Part shown: positions 1-10,129 of the stretch, one piece after another
Layout: the number at the start of each line of letters is the position of its first letter
How positions within the stretch are numbered: the first letter of the stretch is position 1
Assembly (NCBI GenBank): GCA_032718475.1
Contig: JAUCBJ010003764.1
Location: forward strand, 1 to 37,130
Length of the DNA: 37,130 nucleotides
Direction: 5' to 3'
DNA from: Nemertoderma westbladi
Taxonomy: Eukaryota; Animalia; Xenacoelomorpha
Translations under genes and position numbers: made by a program
The notes under the pieces: generated by a model
Database searches by the model: none
What the model was told of the DNA's origin: nothing
The model's input: the letters and a program-made list of their open reading frames with translations, nothing else

Positions 1-658
1 GTCTACGAAAGTCTCCCAAACATAGTTAATAGCCGATAAAATTCGTAAAGTCATGTATAAACAGGACATTGACTATTAAAGAATTCCTATTAAATAACAT
101 CCCAGATCTGTATGCATTGGAATCACCCTAATTCTACCGCTAGCTTTGCATAATGTCACCATAGCAACAACCACGCTAGAATTAGAATTGAGTTAAACGA
201 ACAATAGAAAGCTTGTCCCATTGAATAGCATAGGGAATAAATAGCGCACTGCTAGTATCCAAGGATACATAATAATACAGTGACATTCTGGAAGGCATTG
301 ACTAACGGACAAATGGCCCGAATGTGCGTACTTGTGACCAGTTGTGTGGTATTTGTGAGTTTATAGGTGAATGTTACTGCTAAAGTGTGTTTACAGTAGC
401 TAGTCGCAATCGTAAAATAACCTAACTCTCCAAGGAATACCTGAAGTACATCTAAGCCTTTGGGACGGACAGTGGAGTGACTTGTGTCGGTTATCGTTGT
501 GGTTGTACGGCTACGTCGTTGGCGAAAGTACAGCTACAGCGGTACATCGGCGCTGAGAATCTCTTACTGTCCGGGGGCAAGGGAGAAATAGGCAGCGACG
601 CCCGCTCGCCTAACGATATATAAACTCATTATAATATTGGTGAACTTGTATAGCAGAT

Positions 659-1057
659 ATGACTGAATTAATAGAAGATGATCTTGGTATCAGGGAGAGA
701 TATACTCTACCTTTACAAGCGTTTGTCGATAGCTTAATACGCGGCGACGCTGATCCAACTACTACGGAGGACGATGGTCGTTATATCGAACCGCCAATGT
801 CCCAGGAGCAACTTACGCGTGAATTGGATTATAGAAAGTTCACTGCTCGCTACACTCATCGTAATGGTACGTATATGGACTTCTTGACCACTGGTCATCC
901 TATTGATTTACACGACACCGACGATGTAGACACCGAAAGGGAAATGGTTTTGTTTAAATATCATGCCCAGCGGAGTCGAAACGATAAATCGAGAATAGAA
1001 CACGAGAACTCTATTCGAAACAAGCTCGAAAGAAAGAACGTGGAAGAAGGCTTGTAA
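659..1057 (+). CDS. Orphan 132-aa protein, possibly a retroelement accessory ORF
   Basis: Clean ATG-to-TAA ORF with protein-like, charged composition. A TATATAAA-like box lies at ~617-624. No domain recognised. Confidence 0.5.
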   Translation: MTELIEDDLGIRERYTLPLQAFVDSLIRGDADPTTTEDDGRYIEPPMSQEQLTRELDYRKFTARYTHRNGTYMDFLTTGHPIDLHDTDDVDTEREMVLFKYHAQRSRNDKSRIEHENSIRNKLERKNVEEGL

Positions 1058-1821
1058 AGACAAATATAGGCGAATCACTGGAGAAGAGACATATGTTAGT
1101 GTACAGTGTCCATAATGTGAATAGTTTTCCCCGGGGCACGGGTGCTCGCGGGCGGTCTCCTTCGGGAGGCTGTAAATTTCTCTTCCTTCATCGTTTTCCT
1201 GTAATTATTGTGATCAGTGTCACAATTAACAGACAAGAATGAATGATGACGTGATGGAAAACTTGTCCATTGTGGTGTCTTATGGATACTACCCTATATC
1301 CTTCCTCCTCTTTACTCCCTTCATCGATCGAGCAATCATAGTGGTATCGTGGTATGGATCATACCTCATCCTAATAAATCTCCTCACCTTCTCTTCCCAA
1401 CGCGCTCGGAGCTTCGGGAAACGAATACTAAACCTCCCAGCCCTTACTGTTTATTTGTATGCTAATATTGGTGTCCGCACCTCCTGTCCATGTCATATTC
1501 TGTTGATATTTATGATATCAACTTCCATTCCTCTTGTTGTTGATTGAATAATCAACCATAAATAATTTCCTTAAGTCCACAACCGTGATACAAACAAGGA
1601 CTGAAAGGACACGTTGATAGTTTATGAACAACTGGTACCATTATGTGTCATAAATCTGGTTGTTCACCCTCTTAATAATTGAGGATAAATGCGTCTGGAG
1701 ATAGTCTTCGAATGTAACAATCCTCCTATTGAAGTCGTATTTCATAATTTTATTGAATGCGATAGTTTTTCCTCTGCTCTACCATCGCTGTCGGAGAACA
1801 TATTAGGCCTACAACAGGAAT

Positions 1822-3597
1822 ATGGAGAACATTCCATACCCTTTCGTTGATACTCGGCTGATTGCTCCTTGGGCCGAAGGCCGAGGTTTCTTTCGCACTA
1901 TGTATGCCAATACACCCAGCAGCATTACTAAAGTACAACGGACATCCATCGGACATCTTGCCTTTCAAGAATATGGTTGGAATTTCAAAGTTGGAAATCC
2001 TATAAATTACCAGCAAGTATATGGAGATCATTACTCCCGTTTATATTTTGACGGACCATTAACTGCGCCTGGTGCCGTATATAGCTTTATGAGTGTTCCA
2101 CTTCGCCCTTCCTTAGCTATATACACGATCTTTGAAAACGCAGCACTTGCCGGTTGGCTAGCCGATGTGTGCAGTCGTACCATACGCGCTCACCCGTTAA
2201 TACTTGGAACTAAACTCGCCAAGTTAGACGAACACAATAAGTTCATACGTTTCGAATGTTTCCGGCGCTTTCTGACTCCGTTCCGTAACGTCGACAGTCA
2301 GTTCAAAGATCGCGCGCTGACCAAGCTCAGTCTTAGAGACTCAGCTGCGGAGAAACTGAGTAGCGCTGGATTTGCCGTGTTTCAAGACGTTTGTATACAG
2401 AACTCACATTCATCTGTTATACAAAGACCCCGAATACCTACAGGTTATTCTGTCGTGGAAATACAGACAGTGGGTCCACTTACGGAAACCGACGCACCAA
2501 CTTCGTCTATGCAGCTGGAGGATGAACCAGTATGCTTGGAATCCGAAGCGATTCAACCTACGGCTTCTCGGAGCAGTGACAATGATTATGTCATAGAGTG
2601 GTATCAAGGTCCACAGCGTCTCACAGCGTACGATTATCGACACGCCAACTACGTTTCCCGAAAACGTTGTCGATTATGCGCATCGAGAGACCACTTCACT
2701 CCTCTCGACTCGAGCGTACCTTGTTCCTATTTCCTCGAACAACCGATGATGGAAATATATTGTGCTTATTGCCGGCTTACTAACTCTCATATATTTGCCG
2801 TCTGCCCACAATTTATGACTCAATGTCACTACTGCCAACTTAAAGGACATGAAAGTTACAACTGTCCCTTTAATCGCGATTTAGAGAGCGTAGACGAGAT
2901 GATCACCCTGCGATACATCCGAGCTTGGGAAGCGAACGCCGATTTACATTGCGAATCCCGACATCGCTATTACCCTGGACGAGCTTACGAGGGAGTTTAC
3001 GCGTTCCATCCTTATCTATTCGCGTCGATTGAACAGAAAACACGCGTACCAAGTTACGAGTTAATGAAGCGTGTTGGCGAGTGTATTTCCACCAAGTTTG
3101 TCAGGAAATACCTGAGAAACGTTAATCCTAATGATATAACCACATATCACCTGATCAATTATATCCGTCAGGACCCTGAGTATGGCGACATTTTCGTGAA
3201 CTCGCATCCTGAACTCCAGGAAGTATCTCGGCGCCCATATGAATACCGAACCCGAGAACGCGAGCTGGAGAGAACCATTAAACCGAGAAAGTTCCTCACC
3301 ACTCACGGTCCACCCACCGCTAGTGTCCAGACGACCCGTCAAGGACCCGTAGGAGCTGCTGTCCTGAGACGCGCTCTAAAGGCCGTTAGACCCCACTCCA
3401 CTGAGGTTGATATTAATCAACCAGGTACTTCGACCGGCGGGTATACCGATCGTAACCCTGCACCCTCTGATGCAATTATATTGCACCCTTCGCCTAGGAG
3501 CTACAGCCCTCCTCGTAAAGTGGCTCGCCCCAAAGAGAAAAGGACTCTTGCTAGCCTCAAGAAACTGCGTAAACGCCGTCCGCGCAAGAAAGACTAA
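1822..3597 (+). CDS. 591-aa intronless zinc-knuckle (CCHC-like) nucleic-acid-binding protein, probably retroelement-associated
   Basis: Long uninterrupted ORF. Cys/His motifs CRLCASRDH..C, CAYCRLTNSHIFAVC and CHYCQLKGHESYNC (canonical CX2CX4HX4C) at ~2668-2866. Basic NLS-like C-terminus KKLRKRRPRKKD. Confidence 0.7.
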   Translation: MENIPYPFVDTRLIAPWAEGRGFFRTMYANTPSSITKVQRTSIGHLAFQEYGWNFKVGNPINYQQVYGDHYSRLYFDGPLTAPGAVYSFMSVPLRPSLAIYTIFENAALAGWLADVCSRTIRAHPLILGTKLAKLDEHNKFIRFECFRRFLTPFRNVDSQFKDRALTKLSLRDSAAEKLSSAGFAVFQDVCIQNSHSSVIQRPRIPTGYSVVEIQTVGPLTETDAPTSSMQLEDEPVCLESEAIQPTASRSSDNDYVIEWYQGPQRLTAYDYRHANYVSRKRCRLCASRDHFTPLDSSVPCSYFLEQPMMEIYCAYCRLTNSHIFAVCPQFMTQCHYCQLKGHESYNCPFNRDLESVDEMITLRYIRAWEANADLHCESRHRYYPGRAYEGVYAFHPYLFASIEQKTRVPSYELMKRVGECISTKFVRKYLRNVNPNDITTYHLINYIRQDPEYGDIFVNSHPELQEVSRRPYEYRTRERELERTIKPRKFLTTHGPPTASVQTTRQGPVGAAVLRRALKAVRPHSTEVDINQPGTSTGGYTDRNPAPSDAIILHPSPRSYSPPRKVARPKEKRTLASLKKLRKRRPRKKD

Positions 3598-4508
3598 CTG
3601 TTTAGAGTATTTTTATATTTTAGAAACTGTGATTTTGTATATTTTATAGACTTAAATCCCATTTTCTGGGAGCGGTGTAAAAGCTTTTGTGGGATAACTG
3701 ATTCGTTTGCCTTGTTGGCCAGTTCCCCCCCAGTCGCTAAGAATACTCTCAAAGTGATCTACAGCTAAAAATAGTGCAAGTTACCAGCTTATTGGCTGAT
3801 TTGCTGTACGCAGGCATCTGGGCTCTGTTTAATCGGCCAACAAGCCTAGGGAGGTTGCGTCATAGCCTTGTTTTTGTATCTCCCAATAGAATTTGAGTTA
3901 GCCTTGATTTTGACCTATCACAGGCTACTGAACTGAAATTTGCCTATCTCACTGCTCTTTCTCTGTGTTGAACGGGAGCTTCGTGGAATAAGGGAGTTGG
4001 TATCCTCGTATAGAGCAGTAGTCACGAGTTTTTCAAAGCCACGAAAGAACGGCTTTGTAGTGTTTTATGTTTTCTGCTTTTTAGCTCAACACTAGTAGGT
4101 TTAATCATAAGGACATATATCCTTTAACGGACTACCTGGCTGCAATTACGCATCAAACAACCTGGCTTTAAACTCTGTAAATATCAAAACAAACTGGCAC
4201 GATTGATCTGTGAATACTGCATACTGCTATTTGTTGTCGGTTATTCATTATATTTGTTGATGAATTATTATATTGGAATAACGAGAAATAACCCCGACAC
4301 CCAATATTCTTGATATACCGAAGGTAAGAGAGAAAGGTTACCAATAACGATTGTGACTTATGTTAAAGTGGTTTGAAGTGAATCTAATGTTATTTGATAG
4401 ACCCTACATGAGTCAGTCTGTGTTCCTTTTATATGTGATTAAAATCGGTGAAGATTGGCAGATTAGTGTGCAGTATTGTGCAGCATTGCGTATGAGCGAG
4501 TCTGTTAA

Positions 4509-6065
4509 CCCTATTAGTACCGGGCTATAAAATGTTGTACAAATACCGGGGGGGGGTCATATTGACCCCCCCCCCCTCTAAAATCTACAAATATTTACGA
4601 AAACGTCTGATTTTTTGTTTGTACGTAGGTATAACTTGTCTGGATCCGACCGAAAAAAAAAATTTCGAAAAAAATGTACTGGGGTGGTTATATTGCAGCT
4701 CCAAAATTACAAGTAGTGCGCAATTTTCACCAAATTTGAAAGTTACATTTTCGGCTAATTATTTTTCAATACAGGTTTTCTGGGGTGCAAAATACATTGG
4801 AAAATATTAAAAAATGATATGATTACTATAAATGGCTGTTTAGTCCTCTCTGCGTAGGAAAAAAATGAAAAAAACAAGTAACCAGCACTTTTCAGTTAGA
4901 ACACAAAATTTTTAATTCACTTATACGATGCTATAAATTCACATTTTCAGGTTTTCGAGGGCGCTGATTCTAATGGAATACATTTCTAATATGCCAGATC
5001 ATTGCTACTTGTATTTTTCGGCGTTTTTTGGCAAATTTTGGTGCTAGCACCAAATTTCGTACCCATCACCAAAAAGTACAAGTTTGCGATGTCCAGTGCT
5101 ATTTTTATTGATTCCATCGGATTCAGGACCCTCATAAACCCGTATAGCGCAAGAAACAAAGTGATACTATCTACTTATCAATTAGCATATTTTCCAAAAT
5201 TTGGTGCTGGCACAACAATTTTCACCCACCGGCGAAAAATACCATTTTGAGAACTCTTATGAAATTTTTACTGATTCCATTGAATTCAGAACCATCACAA
5301 ACCCGTATAACGCAAGAAACAAGGTGACACAATCAATTGATATATTAGATGGTTTTCAAAATTTGGTGCTAGCACCGCATTTTGCACCCACATCCGAAAA
5401 ATACAAGTTTGAGATGTCTAGTTCGATAATTATATTTTCAATTGAATTCAGAACAGCCATAAACCTCTAAAACGCAAGAAATAAGTTGTCACAAGCAATT
5501 TTATCTATTGAATGGATTTTCAAAATTTCGTGCTAGCACCAAAATTTGCACACAGCACCGAAAAATACAAGTTTGATACGCTTGGTGCAACTCGTATATA
5601 TTTCATCGAATCTAGAAACCCAAAAAACCCCAATTGCGTAAAAAACAAGTTTCAAACGATCAATTTACAAAATTGACTTATTTCAAAATTTGGTGCTGGC
5701 ACCAAAATTTGGCACCCACCGAAAAAAACAAGTTTGAAATTTCTAAATCAATTTATATGAATTCCATCAATTTTCTAACACCAAAAAACCGGTGTAAATA
5801 ATAAATAGAGATGTTACAATTCATATTTAATGAAATGTAATTTTCAAAAAACGTCTCAAAAAAAGTGCCAAAAGTAGGGTTAAAAAATGGTGCTATAACT
5901 CGAAAAGTACACAATATTTTTGAAAACGGTTTTCACTACTAGGAAGACAATAGATTTTTAGGAAAAGTCATAAAATTTCAGATTCCCAACTGCGTTTGTT
6001 TCAGAATTATAGTAAAAAAACCACGGGGGGGGTCATATTGACCCCCCCCCCCGGGTTTAATAGGG
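4509..6065. mobile_element. Non-autonomous piggyBac-type DNA transposon (MITE-like)
   Basis: TTAA duplication at 4505-4508 and 6066-6069. Termini CCCTATTA...TAATAGGG. The same subterminal near-palindrome G(n)TCATATTGAC(n) at 4548-4576 and 6025-6052. No transposase ORF. Confidence 0.9.
5030..5830. repeat. ~5 diverged tandem repeats of ~163 bp inside the piggyBac-like element
   Basis: Palindromic core GGTGCT(A/G)GCACC or a variant starts at 5040, 5203, 5365, 5529 and 5692 (spacing 163/162/164/163). Confidence 0.9.
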
Positions 6066-6403
6066 TTAAAGAAGCAATTCCTAAAGAATGCGCCATATAT
6101 GTGAATTATAATTAAGCCATATCGTTGTGAGTAGTTTAAGTCATAACTCTGTTTATGTAGATAAAGTGCCACGTCCTAAAGGAACTGTTAATATTCCCGA
6201 AGGTAAATAATATTGTCAGAGATTATATAATACTGTCAGTCGAATAATACATTAGGCTTACATAGCAATAAAATTAAACCGTCGAACCCAATCTCCCGGG
6301 AATATCCAGCGGGTGAATGGTCGCGCACGGATTGGTTTCGACTAGTGTAGTGAATCAAATACTTGTCATAGGCTAAAAAGCGATTTAATATCTAGAAGAC
6401 ATC

Positions 6404-9274
6404 TTAATTTGGCGGGTTAAACTGCCAAAGGTCTAAAAGCGCGAACATGGTTTGTATGGGCCGTTTACAAGGCTCGTATTCTAGTCCGAGTTGCTCGAGA
6501 AAATCCCGGTCGATGATGGTTCCGTCTGACCCGTTATCGAGGAACGCGAGTGTCGTCAAAGATTTACCGACTCCTTGGATCCTTACTGGGATTACCTTTG
6601 CGAAAACCATGTAACGGCGATTTATAAGATTAATCGTGGCCGAAATATTTGTTACTTGTGGTGTATCGGTGGAGATTTTAAACGGGTTGGTTTCTCTCCG
6701 TTGGGTTGTCCGGGTTCCTTTGAAGACGTGGTTTGTTTCTCCTCTTCGCCTGGCTTCGATCCGAAAGGGGAGGGTAGTAAAGTCGAAGTTCGCGGGGATG
6801 TGGAGGAGCGTGTGATGGCGTTGGTCGTTACAGACAGCACAGCACGACCTTTGGTCGCAATCCCGAACATAGTGACCTGTTCCAAGACACCGGAAGCATC
6901 CTCGGTGTTTCATTATCGCCTCGAAGCATGGGACGAGGTCGGCGAACTGAAACTTTCTGCAGAATTCCACTTTATGTTTCTCCCCACAGAAGAGACAGAG
7001 CAGGGAATTTGTGATGCCTTCCCTTTCGGGTGCCCAATTCGCGAGATAACATGCCCATTCCTCGGCGGATGTCGGTTCCTCGTAGTCTTCGTCGTCGGAA
7101 TCCTCAGCCATGGTGATGGCCATCGTACTCACCGGTGGGGGGCGGAATCTCGGTTTCGGAGGGGTTGTCTTACCCCTGGAGTTGCTCTCTATTCCGTCCA
7201 ACTTTGCGAGACTTTGTTTGGAAAACATCGAGTCATTCATGGCTTCGGAGATATCGTCCAGGAATGCCGACATCTCAAGGAAGCTAGGATCTCGATCTGG
7301 ATGTCTGCGCCGGAGGTCTACACATTTATAAGCCCACTTACTTTGTAGCCATCCGGGGAACTTCCGGGCGATCTGTCGGAGGTTTAGAATGTTGTTCACC
7401 TGGTCCTCCTTATTCAAGGGTTTCAGAGTATAGTAGGCATCCTTCATAGAGTCGGAGAATTCCTGTATGTTCTGTGGGTCTCCTAGTGATCCCGCGTCCT
7501 GTATCAGTCTCTCTAGAGTTTTATTAATTATAGTTCCGGTATTTCCGTATCTTTTATCCAGAGTTTTCCATGCATCATAGTATGCCTCATGAGAACCTCC
7601 TTCAAAACATGCAACAATTCTGCGTGGTTTGTCACCCAGGTATTGCGATAAATATACCAATTTCTGTGCGTCAGCTATGTCCGTTGATCCAATCTGCGCA
7701 AAGAACCGTTTCTTGAATCTGAGGTAATCGACGGGATCTCCTTCGAAGGTGCGAATTTCCATCTTCGGCATGGCAAGGCGGTTCTCCAACGCTCGGATGA
7801 TGCTGACGTCGTCTGAACTGGAGTGACTCGGAGGGTTATAGTTATTGGCACTCACTCCCATACTTGATGGATCAATGATAGGCGGAGTTTTGATAATGAC
7901 GCGGCTGCAAGTTTGTGGTGTTGATGTAAATGGGTTGTTTGATCGGGGAGTGGCGTCCCGTTCCGAGTCCTTTTCAGGCTCGTACTTGGGTACACTCGCT
8001 GTCGTGGTGTTGGATGGGAAATAGGGTTCCTCATTCTTTAACGTAGCCGGTGGTGGATGGAACACCGGGGCTTGTGCCGATAGCGTAGACTGTTTGGTAG
8101 GCGGGATCTCGAGTTTCGGAGGTTTCGTCTCTGTTGGTGTAAATGACTTTTCTAACTCCGGTATCGGAATTGGTTCATATTCCTGATCTATATCCCTTTC
8201 CCAGTCCTCGTAGAGTTGAATATCTCGTTCTATAAGTGCGGCCTCGTATTCCGCCAGTTTCGCAATATCTGCATTCTTTTTGTGAGTGAGAATCGCTTGG
8301 GCCTCGGCGTGTTGTTTACGCATTTCTGCTTCCCATTTACGTTGTTCGATCTCTTGTTTGGCCTCTCGTTCATGTTGTTCGATCTCTCGTTTGGCCTCTC
8401 GTTCACGTTGTTCGATCTCTCGTTGGGCCTCTCGTTCACGTTGTTCGATCTCTCGTTGGGCCTCTCGTTCACGTTGTTCGATCTCTCGTTGGGCCTCTTG
8501 TTCACGTTGTTCGATCTCCTGTCTGCGTTGTTCGACCCGTCGTTCGACCTCTTGTTCGGCCTCTCGTTCACGTTGTTCGATCTCCTGTCTGCGTTGTTCG
8601 ACCCGTCGTTCGACCTCTTGTTCGGCCTCTCGCTTTTGTGTTTCGGCGGCTAATACATCCTGCTCGGCTTGCAGTTGAATATACTCATCTTCCATCCGAG
8701 CTTTGAGGGCTAATGCCTTCCGTTCTCGCAGTTGGTCTCGGAGTGGCGGCGCCCCTTGAGAACTGCGCGCTGAGCCGGATATTTCGCTCCTAGCGCTGGA
8801 GTGCTGATCTCTAACGGACCCCGTTCTCTTTCGATGTACTGCTGTCCTGATGCTGGAGGATCGTACCGATTCCGCGTCTGTTCTTTCGGCCCTCTTGTAA
8901 TACTGTTCCTCATAGCCTCTCACAAGGCTGAGGGTCCTCCGGTGTTGTTTGCGGAACCCATCTAGATGTACAACGTGTTCTTCCAACTTGGGGTAGTTTT
9001 CCAGATCGGTGGGGGGAACGAGCTCTTGGTACGCCTGTATCATTCTTTCGTACCGCTGTAGGATATTTCGGATACTTTGAAGCTGAGTTTGTACCTCATT
9101 GAGGGGGGTTTTGACTCCCTTGAGTTGTTTCTCCATCCGTTGATACGCTCGGGTTACTCCGCCTTTAAGAGCCCCTAACCGACGGGTCATGTTCTTGACG
9201 TTTGGTACCTCGTCGGCTTCCGAGTCTGTGTGGTGATCCATCTCGTCGGTATCGGATACGTTATTTGTGGTCAT
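6404..9274 (-). CDS. gag: BEL/Pao LTR retrotransposon gag plus truncated aspartic protease (956 aa), no RT/RNase H/integrase
   Basis: DUF1759-like capsid region (MEIRTFEGDPVDYLRFKKRF...KLVYLSQYL...LDKRYGN). BEL-type triple knuckle CLFCGEKHKVEFC / CFRCLGTGHYVRDC / CAVCNDQRHHTLLH. Protease motif LAFLDNGSDGT, with a stop ~40 codons later. Confidence 0.92.
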   Translation of the reverse strand: MTTNNVSDTDEMDHHTDSEADEVPNVKNMTRRLGALKGGVTRAYQRMEKQLKGVKTPLNEVQTQLQSIRNILQRYERMIQAYQELVPPTDLENYPKLEEHVVHLDGFRKQHRRTLSLVRGYEEQYYKRAERTDAESVRSSSIRTAVHRKRTGSVRDQHSSARSEISGSARSSQGAPPLRDQLRERKALALKARMEDEYIQLQAEQDVLAAETQKREAEQEVERRVEQRRQEIEQREREAEQEVERRVEQRRQEIEQREQEAQREIEQREREAQREIEQREREAQREIEQREREAKREIEQHEREAKQEIEQRKWEAEMRKQHAEAQAILTHKKNADIAKLAEYEAALIERDIQLYEDWERDIDQEYEPIPIPELEKSFTPTETKPPKLEIPPTKQSTLSAQAPVFHPPPATLKNEEPYFPSNTTTASVPKYEPEKDSERDATPRSNNPFTSTPQTCSRVIIKTPPIIDPSSMGVSANNYNPPSHSSSDDVSIIRALENRLAMPKMEIRTFEGDPVDYLRFKKRFFAQIGSTDIADAQKLVYLSQYLGDKPRRIVACFEGGSHEAYYDAWKTLDKRYGNTGTIINKTLERLIQDAGSLGDPQNIQEFSDSMKDAYYTLKPLNKEDQVNNILNLRQIARKFPGWLQSKWAYKCVDLRRRHPDRDPSFLEMSAFLDDISEAMNDSMFSKQSLAKLDGIESNSRGKTTPPKPRFRPPPVSTMAITMAEDSDDEDYEEPTSAEEWACYLANWAPEREGITNSLLCLFCGEKHKVEFCRKFQFADLVPCFEAIMKHRGCFRCLGTGHYVRDCDQRSCCAVCNDQRHHTLLHIPANFDFTTLPFRIEARRRGETNHVFKGTRTTQRRETNPFKISTDTPQVTNISATINLINRRYMVFAKVIPVRIQGVGKSLTTLAFLDNGSDGTIIDRDFLEQLGLEYEPCKRPIQTMFALLDLWQFNPPN
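8339..8631 (-). repeat. In-frame 33-bp and 66-bp tandem repeats in gag encoding a charged helix
   Basis: (EIEQREREAQR)n and a duplicated REAEQEVERRVEQRRQEIEQRE in the translation. Confidence 0.9.
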
Positions 9275-9462
9275 TGTAACGCCTCGTCGATGGCGAGATA
9301 CGCGATGTCGTAAAACAGTTCCTCGTAGGTATTGTACTCAGCTTGGACCACCCGAACAGTAATCCTGAATCGTCCAACGTTCGTTCCTTGTACCTCAACT
9401 TCGACGTGCCAGATTCCTGGCTCAACTTGAATTATATCAATGGGTGTGATCGATACTTCCAT
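9271..9462 (-). CDS. 63-aa upstream ORF whose stop overlaps the gag start (ATGA)
   Basis: Plus-strand TCAT at 9271-9274 reads ATGA on the minus strand: TGA of the uORF overlaps the gag ATG. Sequence looks beta-strand-rich with a C-terminal helix. Confidence 0.55.
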   Translation of the reverse strand: MEVSITPIDIIQVEPGIWHVEVEVQGTNVGRFRITVRVVQAEYNTYEELFYDIAYLAIDEALQ

Positions 9463-9664
9463 TCCCTGTTAACAACTCTCCCAATATGTGATCTGCCGAC
9501 TACGAGTTGGTTAGATCGAGTTTGCTGATTAATTAAACCACGACTTTGTCTCAACTCAAATACCAGAGTTTCCTCGTAGTGGGTGCTGGCAAGCACGTAG
9601 AGAGTTTTTGAAGAGTATTGAAGGATTTTCAACTTCCACCAGTTGAAGTTGACCGTAATTATCC

Positions 9665-9757
9665 TTAATTTTGACACCGTGTCAAAATTAACCGCATTAA
9701 TTATTCTTAATTTTGACACCCCGTCAAAATTAACCACGTGAATTATTCTTAATTTTG
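9665..9757. repeat. 42-bp tandem repeat of inverted-repeat units (about 2.3 copies)
   Basis: TTAATTTTGACA-ccg-TGTCAAAATTAA at 9665-9691, TTAATTTTGAC-acccc-GTCAAAATTAA at 9707-9733, and a half unit at 9749-9757. Confidence 0.85.
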
Positions 9758-10129
9758 TTGCCGTTATTCCTACACCAAGGGGAAAAACGCCGATGCTGGA
9801 GACGTGACTTAACAGACCACCGAGCCCCGGCCAGTCACCGGATATTGATTGTGGGGAGGGAATATTTCTAAGATGCAAGTTTGCGGTTGAGAAAAGCTGC
9901 ATTAGTTGGATATACTCTTTAATGTAACTGAACTCTGTTGAACCTTGATTAAGAATAATTTTGGGCTTCCCCAAATCAATATACACCAAATATTCACAAT
10001 AAGTATACACGATAATATAAATCCCTACGGTATATTATTTAATAACCCGCTGTTCGCTCAGAATTTTAGCCTACCTAATGTTCCCCAGATTTTCCCTCAG
10101 TCCCAGTCTTAGTGCCGTAGTGTCGGTGT

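Larger units (their letters stand above)
3676..6401 (+). mobile_element. Possible 3' LTR (~1.2 kb net) interrupted by the piggyBac-like insertion
   Basis: Purine-rich GGGAGCGG (3668-3675) directly precedes TGT at 3676. AATAAA at ~6266 and an ...ACA end at 6401, beside the truncated end of the BEL gag ORF. No second copy in the window to confirm it. Confidence 0.3.

Noticed and set aside
4532-6172. piggyBac transposase
   Set aside because: The short ORFs are AT-rich repeat translations with no DDD motifs.
6575-8913. Antisense and alternate-frame ORFs over gag
   Set aside because: Shadows of the gag ORF and its 33-bp repeats.
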